Notes under the pieces: generated by a model | The model's input: only the letters and a program-made list of their open reading frames with translations | Databases searched by the model: none | What the model was told of the DNA's origin: nothing | Source: Trichoplax sp. H2 | Taxonomy: Eukaryota | DNA length: 64,000 bases | Reading direction: 5' to 3' | NCBI GenBank assembly: GCA_003344405.1 | Contig: NOWV01000157.1 | Span: 62,001 to 126,000, forward strand | Shown here: positions 1 through 11,260 of the stretch, piece after piece | Position numbering within the stretch: the first letter of the stretch is position 1 | Layout: each line of letters begins with the position of its first letter | Program-made: the position numbers and the translations under genes

Positions 1-56
1 AATTTATGTGAGCTTTTGAAAGTCAATTTTTAACTTTATCTATTAGGTGAACTTAC

Positions 57-280
57 CATATTATTATAAGAGTACAGTTTCTTGAAAATCACTATATTGA
101 ATATACTGTAAACAATACTAGCGAAAACGTAACATATACATACTACACAACTTTTAAGTACCTGAAATAAATCGCAGCCAAGAAATGTAGAGCATCTCTA
201 ACTTATTCACTGTCAGTATTTTTAGACACGCAAGCACAGCCTAATACAGCTTATACCGTACATCTTGAGCAATTGATATA
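57..280 (-). CDS. Possible micro-exons of an unknown gene continuing off the left edge
   Basis: Three AG/GT-bounded segments (280-257, 197-162, 105-57) join in one open frame (ISIAQDVRDALHFLAAIYFSIFNIVIFKKLYSYNNM). The introns are very short (56-59 nt) and no homology is recognised. Confidence 0.25.
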
Positions 281-847
281 CTATAATTATACATGTATCG
301 TTCAACTTCATGCTTCATCCCAATCAGTCATAGGTCCTACGAGTATTTACAAGTAATAATTAATATCAGTCCTAAGAATTCTAGTGCGGCTACTCAATAT
401 CGAATCATCTGGTGCAATTCGCTGTCGATCACATAACTGGATGATCGCTCATTTTAATGGCAAAACAAGAAACGAAGTACATGTATCAACATGTACTGTC
501 CAACAGCTTCAAGAAAGTACCGTATTAATAATCCCCGTCATGACATGAATAATAACTATCTCGATATACATTCAGTCAATGATCTCTAAAACATAAAGGT
601 TTATTTTTTAGAGATCCCAAGTACTGTACTACAAACATGCATCCACTTGTTATAAGTTGCACTCGTTTTAGTACAGTAAATAGCATCTATTTCTTCACTT
701 CCTATTCGAGATGACAAGTAAAGTTAGCAGTCTTCTACTATTACATGATCAATACCACGAGAAGACACAGCCAAAATTAATTTGAAATTTTAATCATTTA
801 TTACTCAACAGTACATGACACGTCTATTAAACAGTAATTGGCCGAAT

Positions 848-3314
848 TTATGCAGTAGCTGCGATATCTTTCTTAAGGGTTCCCTAAAAGAGAATAATGT
901 ATAGCACACGTCACACTTACAATGTTCAAATAATAACTTCAACTGTTGCAGGTAACTTACCATAAAGGCTTTCTTTTCATCAAGAGTTTGGAACCTTCCA
1001 TGGCCAAATTTCGATGTTGTATCCACAAATTTCAAATTAATCTTCTCCAATGCGACACGGCTAGTATGGACACGGCGAGACTGAAAGAAAGGAAGCATGG
1101 TGAATCAGAAATGCCATTCTTGAGCTACTGTTCTGTACTGTACATCCAATAAGTGTTAGTTTTACCTTTCGTAAAGTGATGACTCTTTTCTTAGGACCCA
1201 TGACACATCCTTTCAACATTATGTAATCCTGTGTAACTACACCATAATGAGGGAATCCACCCTAAAAGTGAGAAATATATGTCGAAATTTTAAAATAGAC
1301 ACAAATAGTAAGTGCCGTCAGTAACGCTAGCTCTTCAATTTACCACAGGAGTAATTTTCTTGACAGTCGTATCATATCCTGTACTAGCGTTCTTTTCATC
1401 TTTTCCAGAACCAATACGGTAAATCTTCTTGTTAACTTCAGTACGATGATGGTAACCAGTTTGACCAGCGCGAGCAATAGAAAAGCCAACACGACTAGGA
1501 TGCCAAGAGCCAATACATGCAACCTTTCGTAAACCTTTATGCGTCTTCCGTGGTAATTTCTTCGTTCCCCATCGGAAAGTAACGCCTTATCACCAAAGTA
1601 GTAACATTATGAATTGTTTTTAATATTTCGATCAAGTAGATATCATGCTATCATCATTAGCGAAGGTAGTAATATGAGAAATTATCTAATATTTATGACA
1701 TATTACAATATGACAGGGCATTGGAGTACCTCTAAATCCTTTTCCTTTAGTTGCACCAATTATATCAATCATTTCATCTTGGCTAAAAACGGTATCAGCT
1801 GGTACTTCTTTTTCTAACAGAGCACGGGCATAGTCTACCTTTTCAACGATATTACCTCCGTTAACTTGGATTTCCATGACATGGGATTTCTTTTGTCGTA
1901 AAGCGACCAGTCTTATCTAAAACATTAATATTTAATTTAGATACTTTACAATAAATAACATCTTGCTGTCGCAAACATTCTATGTAAGCCAGACTGCTTT
2001 CGTATCGAAGTACAAGTGCAGTAGGTCTCCCTCTGCTCACCTGAGTATGTGCAATAACACGGATGACTTTGCAATACTTTTTCATTTTTTCGAAATCACG
2101 TTCGATCGTTTGAACGCCGTTTGCGTCTCCATATCTCTTACATGATTTAGTGAAGGCCTTCTTCTTTGATCTATACCTGTTGCATTGAACATAATCCTCC
2201 TTACAGACCTGAAGTCTACATTTACTTTATCAAGAAGCTTGCTAGGATTGTATGCGATCTTGCATTAATAGAGAGCTTATCGCCAGATAGGTGTCTATAA
2301 CAAATACATCTAAGCTTACGTACCAGTTCTTGTAAAAGCGACGCTTGCATTCTTCATTCAGATGTTCAGCCCAAACGGTCTTATAAGTACGAAGGCCACG
2401 AGGAGTTTCAATATAGCCAACGACACCTACAACAACCATTGGAGGAGTTTCCAGGATGGTAACAGCTTCTACTACTTCTTTCTTATTCATTTCTATAAGA
2501 GTAGAGATTACAGCCGTCATTTATAAACAGTAGTCGATTAATGAGAGACTTTGAAGCCAGATGTATTTTCTCATATCTCAACTCAAAGACGACAACAATT
2601 TACGAGAATAGTTCCATTGTAAAGTAACATTTCATCATACGGCAACTTATGCATCGTTGCCATATTCTGGAAATACTTGTATTACTTTAAGGCGTAACAA
2701 ATTACACTAGCGCTGTATAACAAATCGTTCAATATTAATGCATAACGAAAGGCTATTGCCAATAAAAAAAGTTGTCTGTACGTATGTACTATCGTAAAGT
2801 ATTTGATATTAAAAATGATGATCTATTACTAGCATTGCACGATATCAAACTATCACTTGGCTCTTCCATTATCAGCTGTCTAGCTATTGAAGAACGGCGA
2901 AATACTAGTTACCGCCATCGTAAGAAGTTGTTGTACATTATGGCAGTTGAACTTACTTGAACCAGGACGATCAGGTTCACGCAAGACATGAGTCATACCA
3001 GCCTTATAGGCCATAAATGCTGTAAGATGGCAAGGCTTGGTAGCGTCATCTTTAGGGAAAGACTTTACTTTTCCTCGATGCTTTTTCGTTCTCTTACGTG
3101 GTAAGAACCCAAGGGAACCATGACGAGGAGCCGAGAACTTACGATGAGACTATATAATAGCGAATAAAATTTTATGATTACATCTTTAGCCAAACAAAAC
3201 TAGATCATCTTTTACAACGAAAGTGCCGAAGCAGTTTGATGATAAAAGAAATTTACGATCGTGCACAGAAATTGAAGATTGGACTAGGATATTTTTCTTT
3301 ACTGAACCTACCAT
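848..3314 (-). CDS. RPL3: 60S ribosomal protein L3 (uL3), 9 coding exons, 393 aa
   Basis: Exons 3314-3312 (ATG only), 3149-2957, 2492-2324, 2176-2041, 1916-1730, 1585-1344, 1261-1166, 1080-961, 883-848; all GT-AG and in frame. Hallmark peptides [39 protein letters not shown]. Confidence 0.98.
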
Positions 3315-3337
3315 GATGGCTACTCGGATAAATTGCT

Positions 3338-3355
3338 AGAGAGAAGGAAGAAGGG
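3338..3355 (-). promoter_or_regulatory. Polypyrimidine initiator / 5'TOP-like tract of RPL3
   Basis: CCCTTCTTCCTTCTCTCT on the minus strand about 25 nt upstream of the ATG, typical of ribosomal protein gene starts. Confidence 0.7.
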
Positions 3356-3419
3356 TCACATGCAGCCTTAATATTGTGCCAAGCCTGCGCAAAAACGGCG
3401 TTATACGGTACACCGTGAT

Positions 3420-4720
3420 AAGATGCTGTAGTACAGTGCAGTATTGTAGCCTATGTACTGTACGCTACTGTCCCTCTTGAGCCATTTTGGATATTTTTTC
3501 GACAGTACTGTACACTGTACACTGTACAGGATGCGTCCCATACTGTACTGTGTGTACAGTACATACTGTACTGTACAGTACTGTAGGTTTGGACGGTGTT
3601 ATTGGACAGTACTGTACGTACGGTACAGTATACTGTACTGTAGGTCTGTAGCAATCATACCGTTAGATTGCTATTGCCTTAATTCAATATTACCTGAACT
3701 CAGTACGTTACAAACTTGCTATTGTTACAGGTTCAATATTCAAAATCGTGATTGATTACTTACAGTAATCTACAAATGTGATATTCAACATCTATTCTAC
3801 GCGTTAATAGTACGAACCTTCAATTCGCTTGTTAGTATTAACTCTACAGTACTGTAGATACAGTACAGTACACAATACACTCTCATTGTACACTGTACAC
3901 TGTACTGCGAGATGTAGTGGAATTCTGTAAACCGTGAACGGCGGATGCAGAGAGATAGTGGCCCATGATGCCGTGCGTGCCACTACCGTATGCTGTACAG
4001 TAAAACGTACACAGTACACCACACTACAACTTTGCGCTGTAGCCTGACCACTGACCAGCTCGGGCGACACCATCGAAATCCCATGTACCGTGTACAGTGT
4101 ACAGTACTCTATTGTACTGCACTGTACCATACGAACTCTATATTCTGAGAACTTTCGATGCAGTGACGGTAGAAGGGTTTGATCTAGCACAGACTGCACA
4201 CAGTGCACTACAGTACCATCATTAGCGATCAGTACAAATTAATCTGAGACTATCCCATATTTACCTTTATGGAGTATTCCGCCATACAGTACACAGTGTA
4301 GTACTATCTATTTCATACAGCGACGTATAAATAACAGAGAAAATCCCTAGTACAGTAGTTATTTTCATTCTGGAATCTACAATATTAATGGAAACGTTTT
4401 ACAGCACAGTACAGTACAATACTGTACTGCACTCTACTGATTCTGCTCCGTAAAACTGAAAGTTGTCCCTTTTCGAACCATCGTCGTCACGCTTCATTAA
4501 CAGAAAGTACTGTACAGTACAAATGTACAGTACAATTCTGTACTGTACAGTACTGCACTCTACTGATTCTGCTCTGTAACTTCAAGTTGTCCTTTCGGAC
4601 CATCGTCGTCACGCTTTATTAAACATTATATGCAATAACTGTAAACATAAGAGAGAAAGGATAAAGTCAATCCATTAGAGCGGCTGCGCGAAAGAAAGGG
4701 CTAAATTACAGTACACTCTA
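3420..4720. repeat. CAGTA/TACTG pentamer-rich low-complexity island upstream of RPL3
   Basis: Dozens of TACTGTAC/GTACAGTA copies in both orientations; they generate spurious YCTV/TVQY ORFs. Confidence 0.85.
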
Positions 4721-4760
4721 CTGATTCTGCTCCGTAAAGTTCTCCCTTTTTGGACCGTCA
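4424..4760. repeat. Three copies of a ~75-bp unit (third copy truncated)
   Basis: CACTCTACTGATTCTGCTC...GTCC(C)TTT...ACC at ~4424-4500, 4550-4622 and 4712-4760. Confidence 0.85.
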
Positions 4761-5260
4761 GCCCATGCTAATGCCAACAGCCAGCCCAACACCATGTTGG
4801 ACTTCCTCAATCCATACGGTAACCTACTGGACTTGAAGAACTGGTGCTCCCACGGCTAGCCCTTGTATCGAGTGAGTGAGTGGTCAAGTACTACGCAAAG
4901 TGATATGTTGGACATGGTGGCCATAGGATTTAAAGCAAGCATGGAGACTGTCAGGCTACTTGACCATCAAATACTGTTCGTTGCTGTAGCATTGCTTGTC
5001 CGCATACTGCGATGGCAGAAAGGCATTGCAGGACGTCTGCAATGCTGCAGGAACAACTATTTATGGCGATGCTCATTTCATTTGAATGAAATCATTTTAA
5101 TAGAACTTGAATGTGTTTGATTGAGCTGCGCTACTCAACTGTCTACGAGATGCTACTATTACTGCAGCTCATTTCAACATGCATCACGATATCGTTGCAA
5201 TGCTTCAACATGAACATGTCTATCGCAGAGAGTACAGTCTAGCGGTTGGCAATGAATAGC
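4760..5260 (+). pseudogene. Possible decayed ankyrin-repeat gene, copy A
   Basis: Stop-interrupted frame containing ATITAAHFNMHHDIVAML (ankyrin-like); patchy nucleotide similarity to 8270-8870. Confidence 0.3.
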
Positions 5261-5647
5261 CATCAATATTATTTAATGCTATGTAATGGATAAAGAACAT
5301 GTTGGTAAATCTTGATCAATATCATGACAGTAAGGCTAAGGCAATGCATAAAAACAGCATAAAACGTGCTTGCAAAATGACCATGATCGAAGCGGTCTCT
5401 ACTGCTTACAAATGAAGTCATCGATGCAAAATATTTTCTGACTGCAATTGTCAACAACATGTGAGGCACATACATTGAAATAGTCTACTAACAATCGTTC
5501 ATTTTTAATTACAAATGTTGCTTTTCATACAAGCAACCAAGGAAACACGTCAATGATATAGTAATTTCTTACATGGTCGGCACAAATATCAAAATACGCG
5601 ATGTTGAGGTAGTGAAAAATAGCAACGGTCGGAATGCTGCGTAATCA

Positions 5648-6814
5648 TTAATCTTGAGTGACCTTTTCCAATTCAGCGTACTCTGGCAAATCCTCTACTT
5701 TTTGAGGAACTTGCTTCGGCTCTACGGTCGATACTGGCGTGTAAACAGCCGAATTGACCCTATGGATCTCTAGCCGACCACGAGGAAAATGTCGCTTGTA
5801 ATATATAATAGCAATAGTCAGTAGAAAACAACAATCTAAAACCGCTAACGCAACATGGATCATGACAATCGCAGTAGTATTTAGAGGAACTGGAACAGAT
5901 GGAGGCTTATGAGTGATGCTAGAAGCTGTTGCAGTGGCTACTTGTTGACTAGTTGCAGCTTTCCATTGACATTTAGATCCGGTATATTCATCTGAACAGT
6001 AGCATGTTTGATTATTTTCATCATTTTGAACTAGAGAACAAACACCGTTATGCACGCAATGACAGTCATTTCCAGTTGCTCTTGCTGGCCCTGATACTAT
6101 TGCTGATGCGGTTAAAAGTGTTGTATTCCATTTTCCAAGACATTCTATCCTTAAGCTATACAAGCCATAATTCACCTACGTCAAAGAAAATTTCATTCTC
6201 CGTCTATTAATCACATAAAAAACACTTCAATCTAAGACCAATGTACCGTCCAATTTAAATATATCCTATGAATAGTTGGTGCTCCATTCACGGTTTCCTA
6301 CCTGAAAAAATTCAATGACATTGCCAGGAAATGAATTCGTCAAACTTGCGTTCAAAGGAGGACTTCTTATGGCTGCCAACACATTTTTTTCACATCCAAA
6401 TACTTTCGCTCGCAATTGAAATGGAAAGACTGCTACTGTTAATGTTATATTTGTAACGTCAGTTTGTGGTATAACTTGGCCATCTTCATCCAACCATAGA
6501 ATGACTCCTCTTGTCCGTGAATTGATATATAAAATATTTTCTTTCACTAAACTATTACCATTGTTACAACGAATGTAATAAAATTCTACTTCATCATCAT
6601 AATTATAAGAGAACGTTATTCTATTATCAGTAGATTGTTGAATTTTGCCGTTAGGAAATGCTATGACTGTCCACTGAACCGACGATGATGGCTGAGTTGA
6701 AGACGGCATACAATAATCCACATATAAACTTGAAGAAGGCAATGTTACATTTTGACAGGAGCCAAAATATAAACTCGCATACAGCGATAAAAGTGCAGTA
6801 GCTAGAAAAGGCAT
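5648..6814 (-). CDS. Type I membrane protein: signal peptide, Ig-like region(s), one EGF-like domain, TM helix, short Tyr-containing tail (~346 aa)
   Basis: Exon 1 6814-6302 (CAG|GTAGGA) joins exon 2 6175-5648 (TAG|GTG) in phase 0. Hydrophobic N-terminus; six-Cys CHCVHNGVC...CYCSDEYTGSKC; TM AIVMIHVALAVLDCCFLLTIAIIYY followed by KRH. Confidence 0.85.
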
Positions 6815-8059
6815 ATAGGTATATAATTTTGATCAACGAACAGATTTGGCCAAAAGAAGAAAACGATATAAATTGCTATAAAGCTAGAGATTACAGCCAG
6901 AAAAGCAGCCGGAGCAAATTCAAATGCTATAGACTTCGTCGCTTCAAATAGTGGATCAAATCATTGGTTGTTAATATCAGTCATCATAGAAATTGAGTAG
7001 TGTTGATTATTGTTTGTCTTAACAATTGTTGTTGGCGGCCATAACAACTTGGATAAATAATCTGCTAGAACCAAATAAAGTCCAGTTTACTGATGATGAA
7101 TGATAAATCACGTGCAAATCAACATGTCCATAACTTGCTATAGGTAGGGTACGATACTATAAATGTACAGTAGATAGAAATTTTACCAGAGTAAATGCAC
7201 AAGAAGTGCATCTATCTGTTTACTAGAAAGAAAAATATTCCAACCCAATTTGAAGACTAAATTTGGTATCATAATGATGTTTGGTAACTGATGAATCACT
7301 ACCGGTATGTTGTGCTGTCAACAAGATGTATTTCAATTCCAGCCAGTAACAAGCGTTATTTTCGTGGCAGAATCGAAAGCTAAATTAAATTATAGAGTAT
7401 GTGGTAAATCTTATAGCGTTTGCATTTCATATTTGAAGTAAATTGTCTAAATACTTTCTACCGTAATTTGACTGTGCTACTTCGGATTACGCTGACCTGA
7501 AACAACAATAACGTATAAAAACAAATCCACAAACAACATCAGCTATATGATACATGTTTTGTCAGTCATGATAACACTAGTACTAAGATTATTTTGAATT
7601 TCGTAGATTGATAGAACTGATTCAGAGCGATATTTTTCAGAGACTACGTAAGAATTCGATATTAAGGAAACAACTCAAAAATATGCGGCTAAATATGTAG
7701 ACCATGATTATTTTTTTGATAGATCGGTCTACTTATTATTACTTTCAATTTGGCAAATGAAATTTTCTGAGCATAGCGGTATATAAATGTGGAGACGACA
7801 AATTACGGAAACGATTTTTCCGCATATACCAGCTATGAGTAATCAATTCTAGTGTTAAATTTCCATGCTATAGTAAGTAGTACGCTAAGTGAACTACTGT
7901 CGTTCCGTTTTGATGGTGCTCTGCTGTCTACTATTAAAGAAGAAATAATCCATAAGATAGCAGCTCATTTTGCATACAATTATAGTATTATCCAGGACAG
8001 TGTAAGGAAGACAGGCTTGTTCTAGGTTAAACATTTCCCTCGACATGTAACCTATGAGT

Positions 8060-8197
8060 AGGCAAATTAAAATCCTTGTCATAGATTAAAGATATTCCTC
8101 ATCATTTAACCCTGAATAGGGAAAATTAAAATCCTTGTTATAGACTAAAGATTTTTCCTCATCATTTAACTCCTGAGAAGGCAAATTTAAATCCTTA
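8060..8197. repeat. ~59-bp tandem repeat, about 2.3 copies
   Basis: GGCAAATTAAAATCCTTGT...TTCCTCATCATTTAAC(T)CCTGA repeated. Confidence 0.85.
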
Positions 8198-8269
8198 TAC
8201 AGAAACGGGGTTAACTTTGTAGCTAGAATCATTACTTGTACAACCTATACGTTTAAAGCGTCTATAGTT

Positions 8270-8870
8270 AGCTCATGTCATTTCTGTGCAAGCCATAATG
8301 TGGCCTACTGGTACTTTTTTTTGCGTAGTTACGGTAAGGCTTGATAAAAGAGTACGAACCGATATTAGCAACTAGCTCGACCAATCTTCGCCAATACTTA
8401 TATTATTATGACATAGGAAGAAACTGGTTATCGTCAACTAATTTTAGTCGCAACTATTTATTACATAGTTGATCAAATCCATCTATCCTACCTACATCCT
8501 CAACTACGAATGCTTCATGATACCTATACATCCAAGCTCTATGAAGTATGAAACTTGCACTACAATCCTCATGAAATTTTAGAACAAGTAGGATACCGAG
8601 TTATTAATGTCCTTAGAATACGAAATTTGTTCAATTTTGGATTGTTACTCCGCCTGTGGCACGTAATTGTTAGATTTCTAGACAACTATCCATATAATTG
8701 TTTTCGATGAGTTGCAAGCTATTACAATAGCCATAAATAAAAATTCTTTCGACATTTGTCAAGCTAGAAAATTCTTTCAGATGCCAGTTGATAAGCACTA
8801 AATAATTCAGCACAAAGGAATATCTAATAACTATAGTGATGATGGAACGGTTGCAGCTGGCAATGAATAA
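8270..8870 (+). pseudogene. Possible decayed ankyrin-repeat gene, copy B
   Basis: Frameshifted AITIAINKNSFDI(V)KL and HVIVRFL ankyrin-like fragments; shares CCTACTGG..ACTT, ACAACTAT and TGGCAATGAATA in the same order as 4760-5260. Confidence 0.35.
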
Positions 8871-9699
8871 TAAATCTATCCGATAATATGTCGTTTAGCT
8901 AGGTAGCTACCACAGTTAAATGCTTTCTTTGTAAATGAGGCTAATAAATCATTAAATTCAATCTTTTCTAAAATACTACCAAAAGCTACGCGGCAATGTT
9001 ACTTAGATGAGACTATGGTACCAGTAAATTATTGGACAAAGCAATATTTTACAAAATAGCAGCTATTTATTGATTATTATCCAGTGCATAACATTTATTA
9101 AAATATTACACGGCGAAGGTTATGTTAAAGAACACTAATAAATTACTCTTTATTCTGTTACACGATAATTAGTAGTCCTTAATACCAATCTATACTGTGT
9201 ACTGTAATGGCGCACATTTCATAGAACGATTAAAATCCTAAAGTATATTTGTATATGAAATTGTAGTAATCTAGCATTGATTTGATTGTTATTGATAAAA
9301 AAAGATCGTCCAATACATCTCTGCGCTTTTAGATGATTAATTGTTATTTAAATGAATTTGAAAAATTGTATTGAACTGAGTCCGAGGAAAGCTTGAAAGG
9401 AGTAAACTACCATTTTGTTATATCATCAAAATGCGTTCTATTTACGCTTAATACTTATAACAATACTTGGATCTACTTACCTCTGTACTTATTTTATGAC
9501 AGCTATAGCTGTATCAGTTGTTGAAATAACATAAAGAACGCTTCCAGCTATCCTAAAAAGTAGAGCGAGGGCAGTTTGATTAGAAATAGTGTTTATCTGT
9601 AGGCGTGTCAATATTACTCGATAAATCTACTTCTGGCGCAAGTTGACGACAGTCATGAGACCTCATTTCATATTTAATTCATACAAAAATTTTAATTTC

Positions 9700-10620
9700 A
9701 TTATTATTACACACTTTAAAGTTTCTTATTTTGATATTCCACTTGAAATAATAATTTTGTTGACCAAATGAATTAGTAAGCATTGTACTGGATAATACTA
9801 AGATCCCACGATATCTAATGATTCCCAAATTCAATACCGCTGATATTGAACCAGAATTTTCTGATTGCATTATCTTTGAATCTAATCATTATTGTAATGG
9901 CATCTAACAACAGAAAAAAGCTCTAAAGCAGATGTCAAAATCGTTCTTTCAGCTTTATTATTAATTTAGGTGGTCAATCTATATTTGCTCATTATTTTAA
10001 AATGGTTAAAAGCATCAAAATCTTGTAGCAATCATGAGATTGTTATCCTTGTTATTATTGTTCATCCAAAATACACAATACAACGAAAAAAATTCGAACA
10101 TGCAGGCCTTTACAATTACATTTTTAAATACAATATAATGAAAATCCAATATCATACCGCCCCTATGGGAATTCTTCAACATAGCCAGCGATATTGAATA
10201 AGCCAAAATATTATAGATATTGCCCTTACCATATTATTGAGTATATTAAGAAGAAAATACACTGTACAATCATTATTATTTTAGATCGTCATATAGTAAT
10301 AAAGAAGGATAAAAAAATTGTATGTTATTAATACCGTAGACATAATTAAGAATAATTGCATCCCATATGTTAATCATCTGCTAAAAAGAATGATTCTTTA
10401 CGGTATCCAAAATTGATTACATACAAAATCAAAGAAAGATGACGCTTCATCATATAGCTAAAAGTGTTTCTGAAATAGAGTAATGAAAGCAATCGTGGTT
10501 TACTACTCCAATCATTGTATACTTCATAGTAACGATATTATTACATTAATAATATAGCTTGATAGACGTGTAATTTCAGTCCAGAGCTAAAATGATAACG
10601 ATGATTGCGACAATCTTTGC
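9700..10620 (-). pseudogene. Decayed intronless class A (rhodopsin-like) GPCR
   Basis: Ordered remnants across frames: TM1 IVAIIVIILALD*N (GN with GGA>TGA, ~10614-10573), TM4 RAISIIFW/AYSISLAML/IPIG (~10230-10165), ECL2-TM5 ACMFEFFSLYCVFWM, TM6 KAERTIL...FFCC*MPL (CWxP with TGG>TAG, ~9919-9898), TM7 LTNSF/VNKII (~9790-9750). Confidence 0.55.
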
Positions 10621-10794
10621 AGAACGAATTCTTTAATCGTTATAAAAAAACGTTTATGCCTCTAGAATTCCATTAAGTAAACAAGGGAGAAAAGAATAAA
10701 CTACTATATAAACAAAAGAAACCGAAACTGAACAAGATTTGCAAAAATTGTCCAGACATTGAATTACAATTTAGTTTCTATCTATCGTCTGGTT

Positions 10795-11260
10795 GCCATC
10801 AGAACAGTATCAACTTTATTCCACCTATTACAACGGCAGCTTCCTGTCTAGCATCGTAGCTCGATAACGAGTGATTGAAGAGAATTTATTATCTTCACAT
10901 CAAATCTAGCAAGCAGCTCTATCGATGAATGCTCCTAGCTATTATATTGAACTCCTCCGTATAATATAATCATAACTTCGGGGTTTAGCTCTATGTTAAC
11001 TCTCAGCCTTGCGATTCTCTATCTTCACATCAGAATTTAACAACTATGCAATTCTATTGACCGATCTTCCTGTCCGTTATTTTTTGAACTCCTTCGCAAA
11101 GAAAATAAGCTTAACTTCAGTGCGGTACTGAACTCTTTCTAATCATGCAATCTGACTATTTCCATTCTTACATCAGAATGAGTTTGATGTACAGCCCAAT
11201 CGATCGATATCCTTGCTCGTCATAATTCAACTTTTCTGCAAAAAAATTAAAACTTTGGTA
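10795..11260. repeat. Old degenerate tandem array, ~130-143 bp period, 3 copies plus a partial one
   Basis: ATCTTCACATCA(G)AAT at 10891, 11021 and 11164, each followed by a TTGAACTCC-like and an AACTT block; partial copy near 10798. Confidence 0.7.

Noticed and set aside
1586-1729. C/D snoRNA in RPL3 intron 5 (ATGATGA at 1657-1651; similar box at 2638-2632)
   Set aside because: No downstream CTGA D box or terminal stem.
3451-4208. ORFs rich in YCTV/TVQY/STV (also at 28070-28952, 40987-41280, 42947-43138)
   Set aside because: They are translations of the CAGTA/TACTG pentamer islands on both strands and show no protein-like composition.
8060-8197. Tandem C/D snoRNAs (ATGATGA in each unit)
   Set aside because: CTGA lies on the opposite strand from the C box, and the region is not in a recognised intron.
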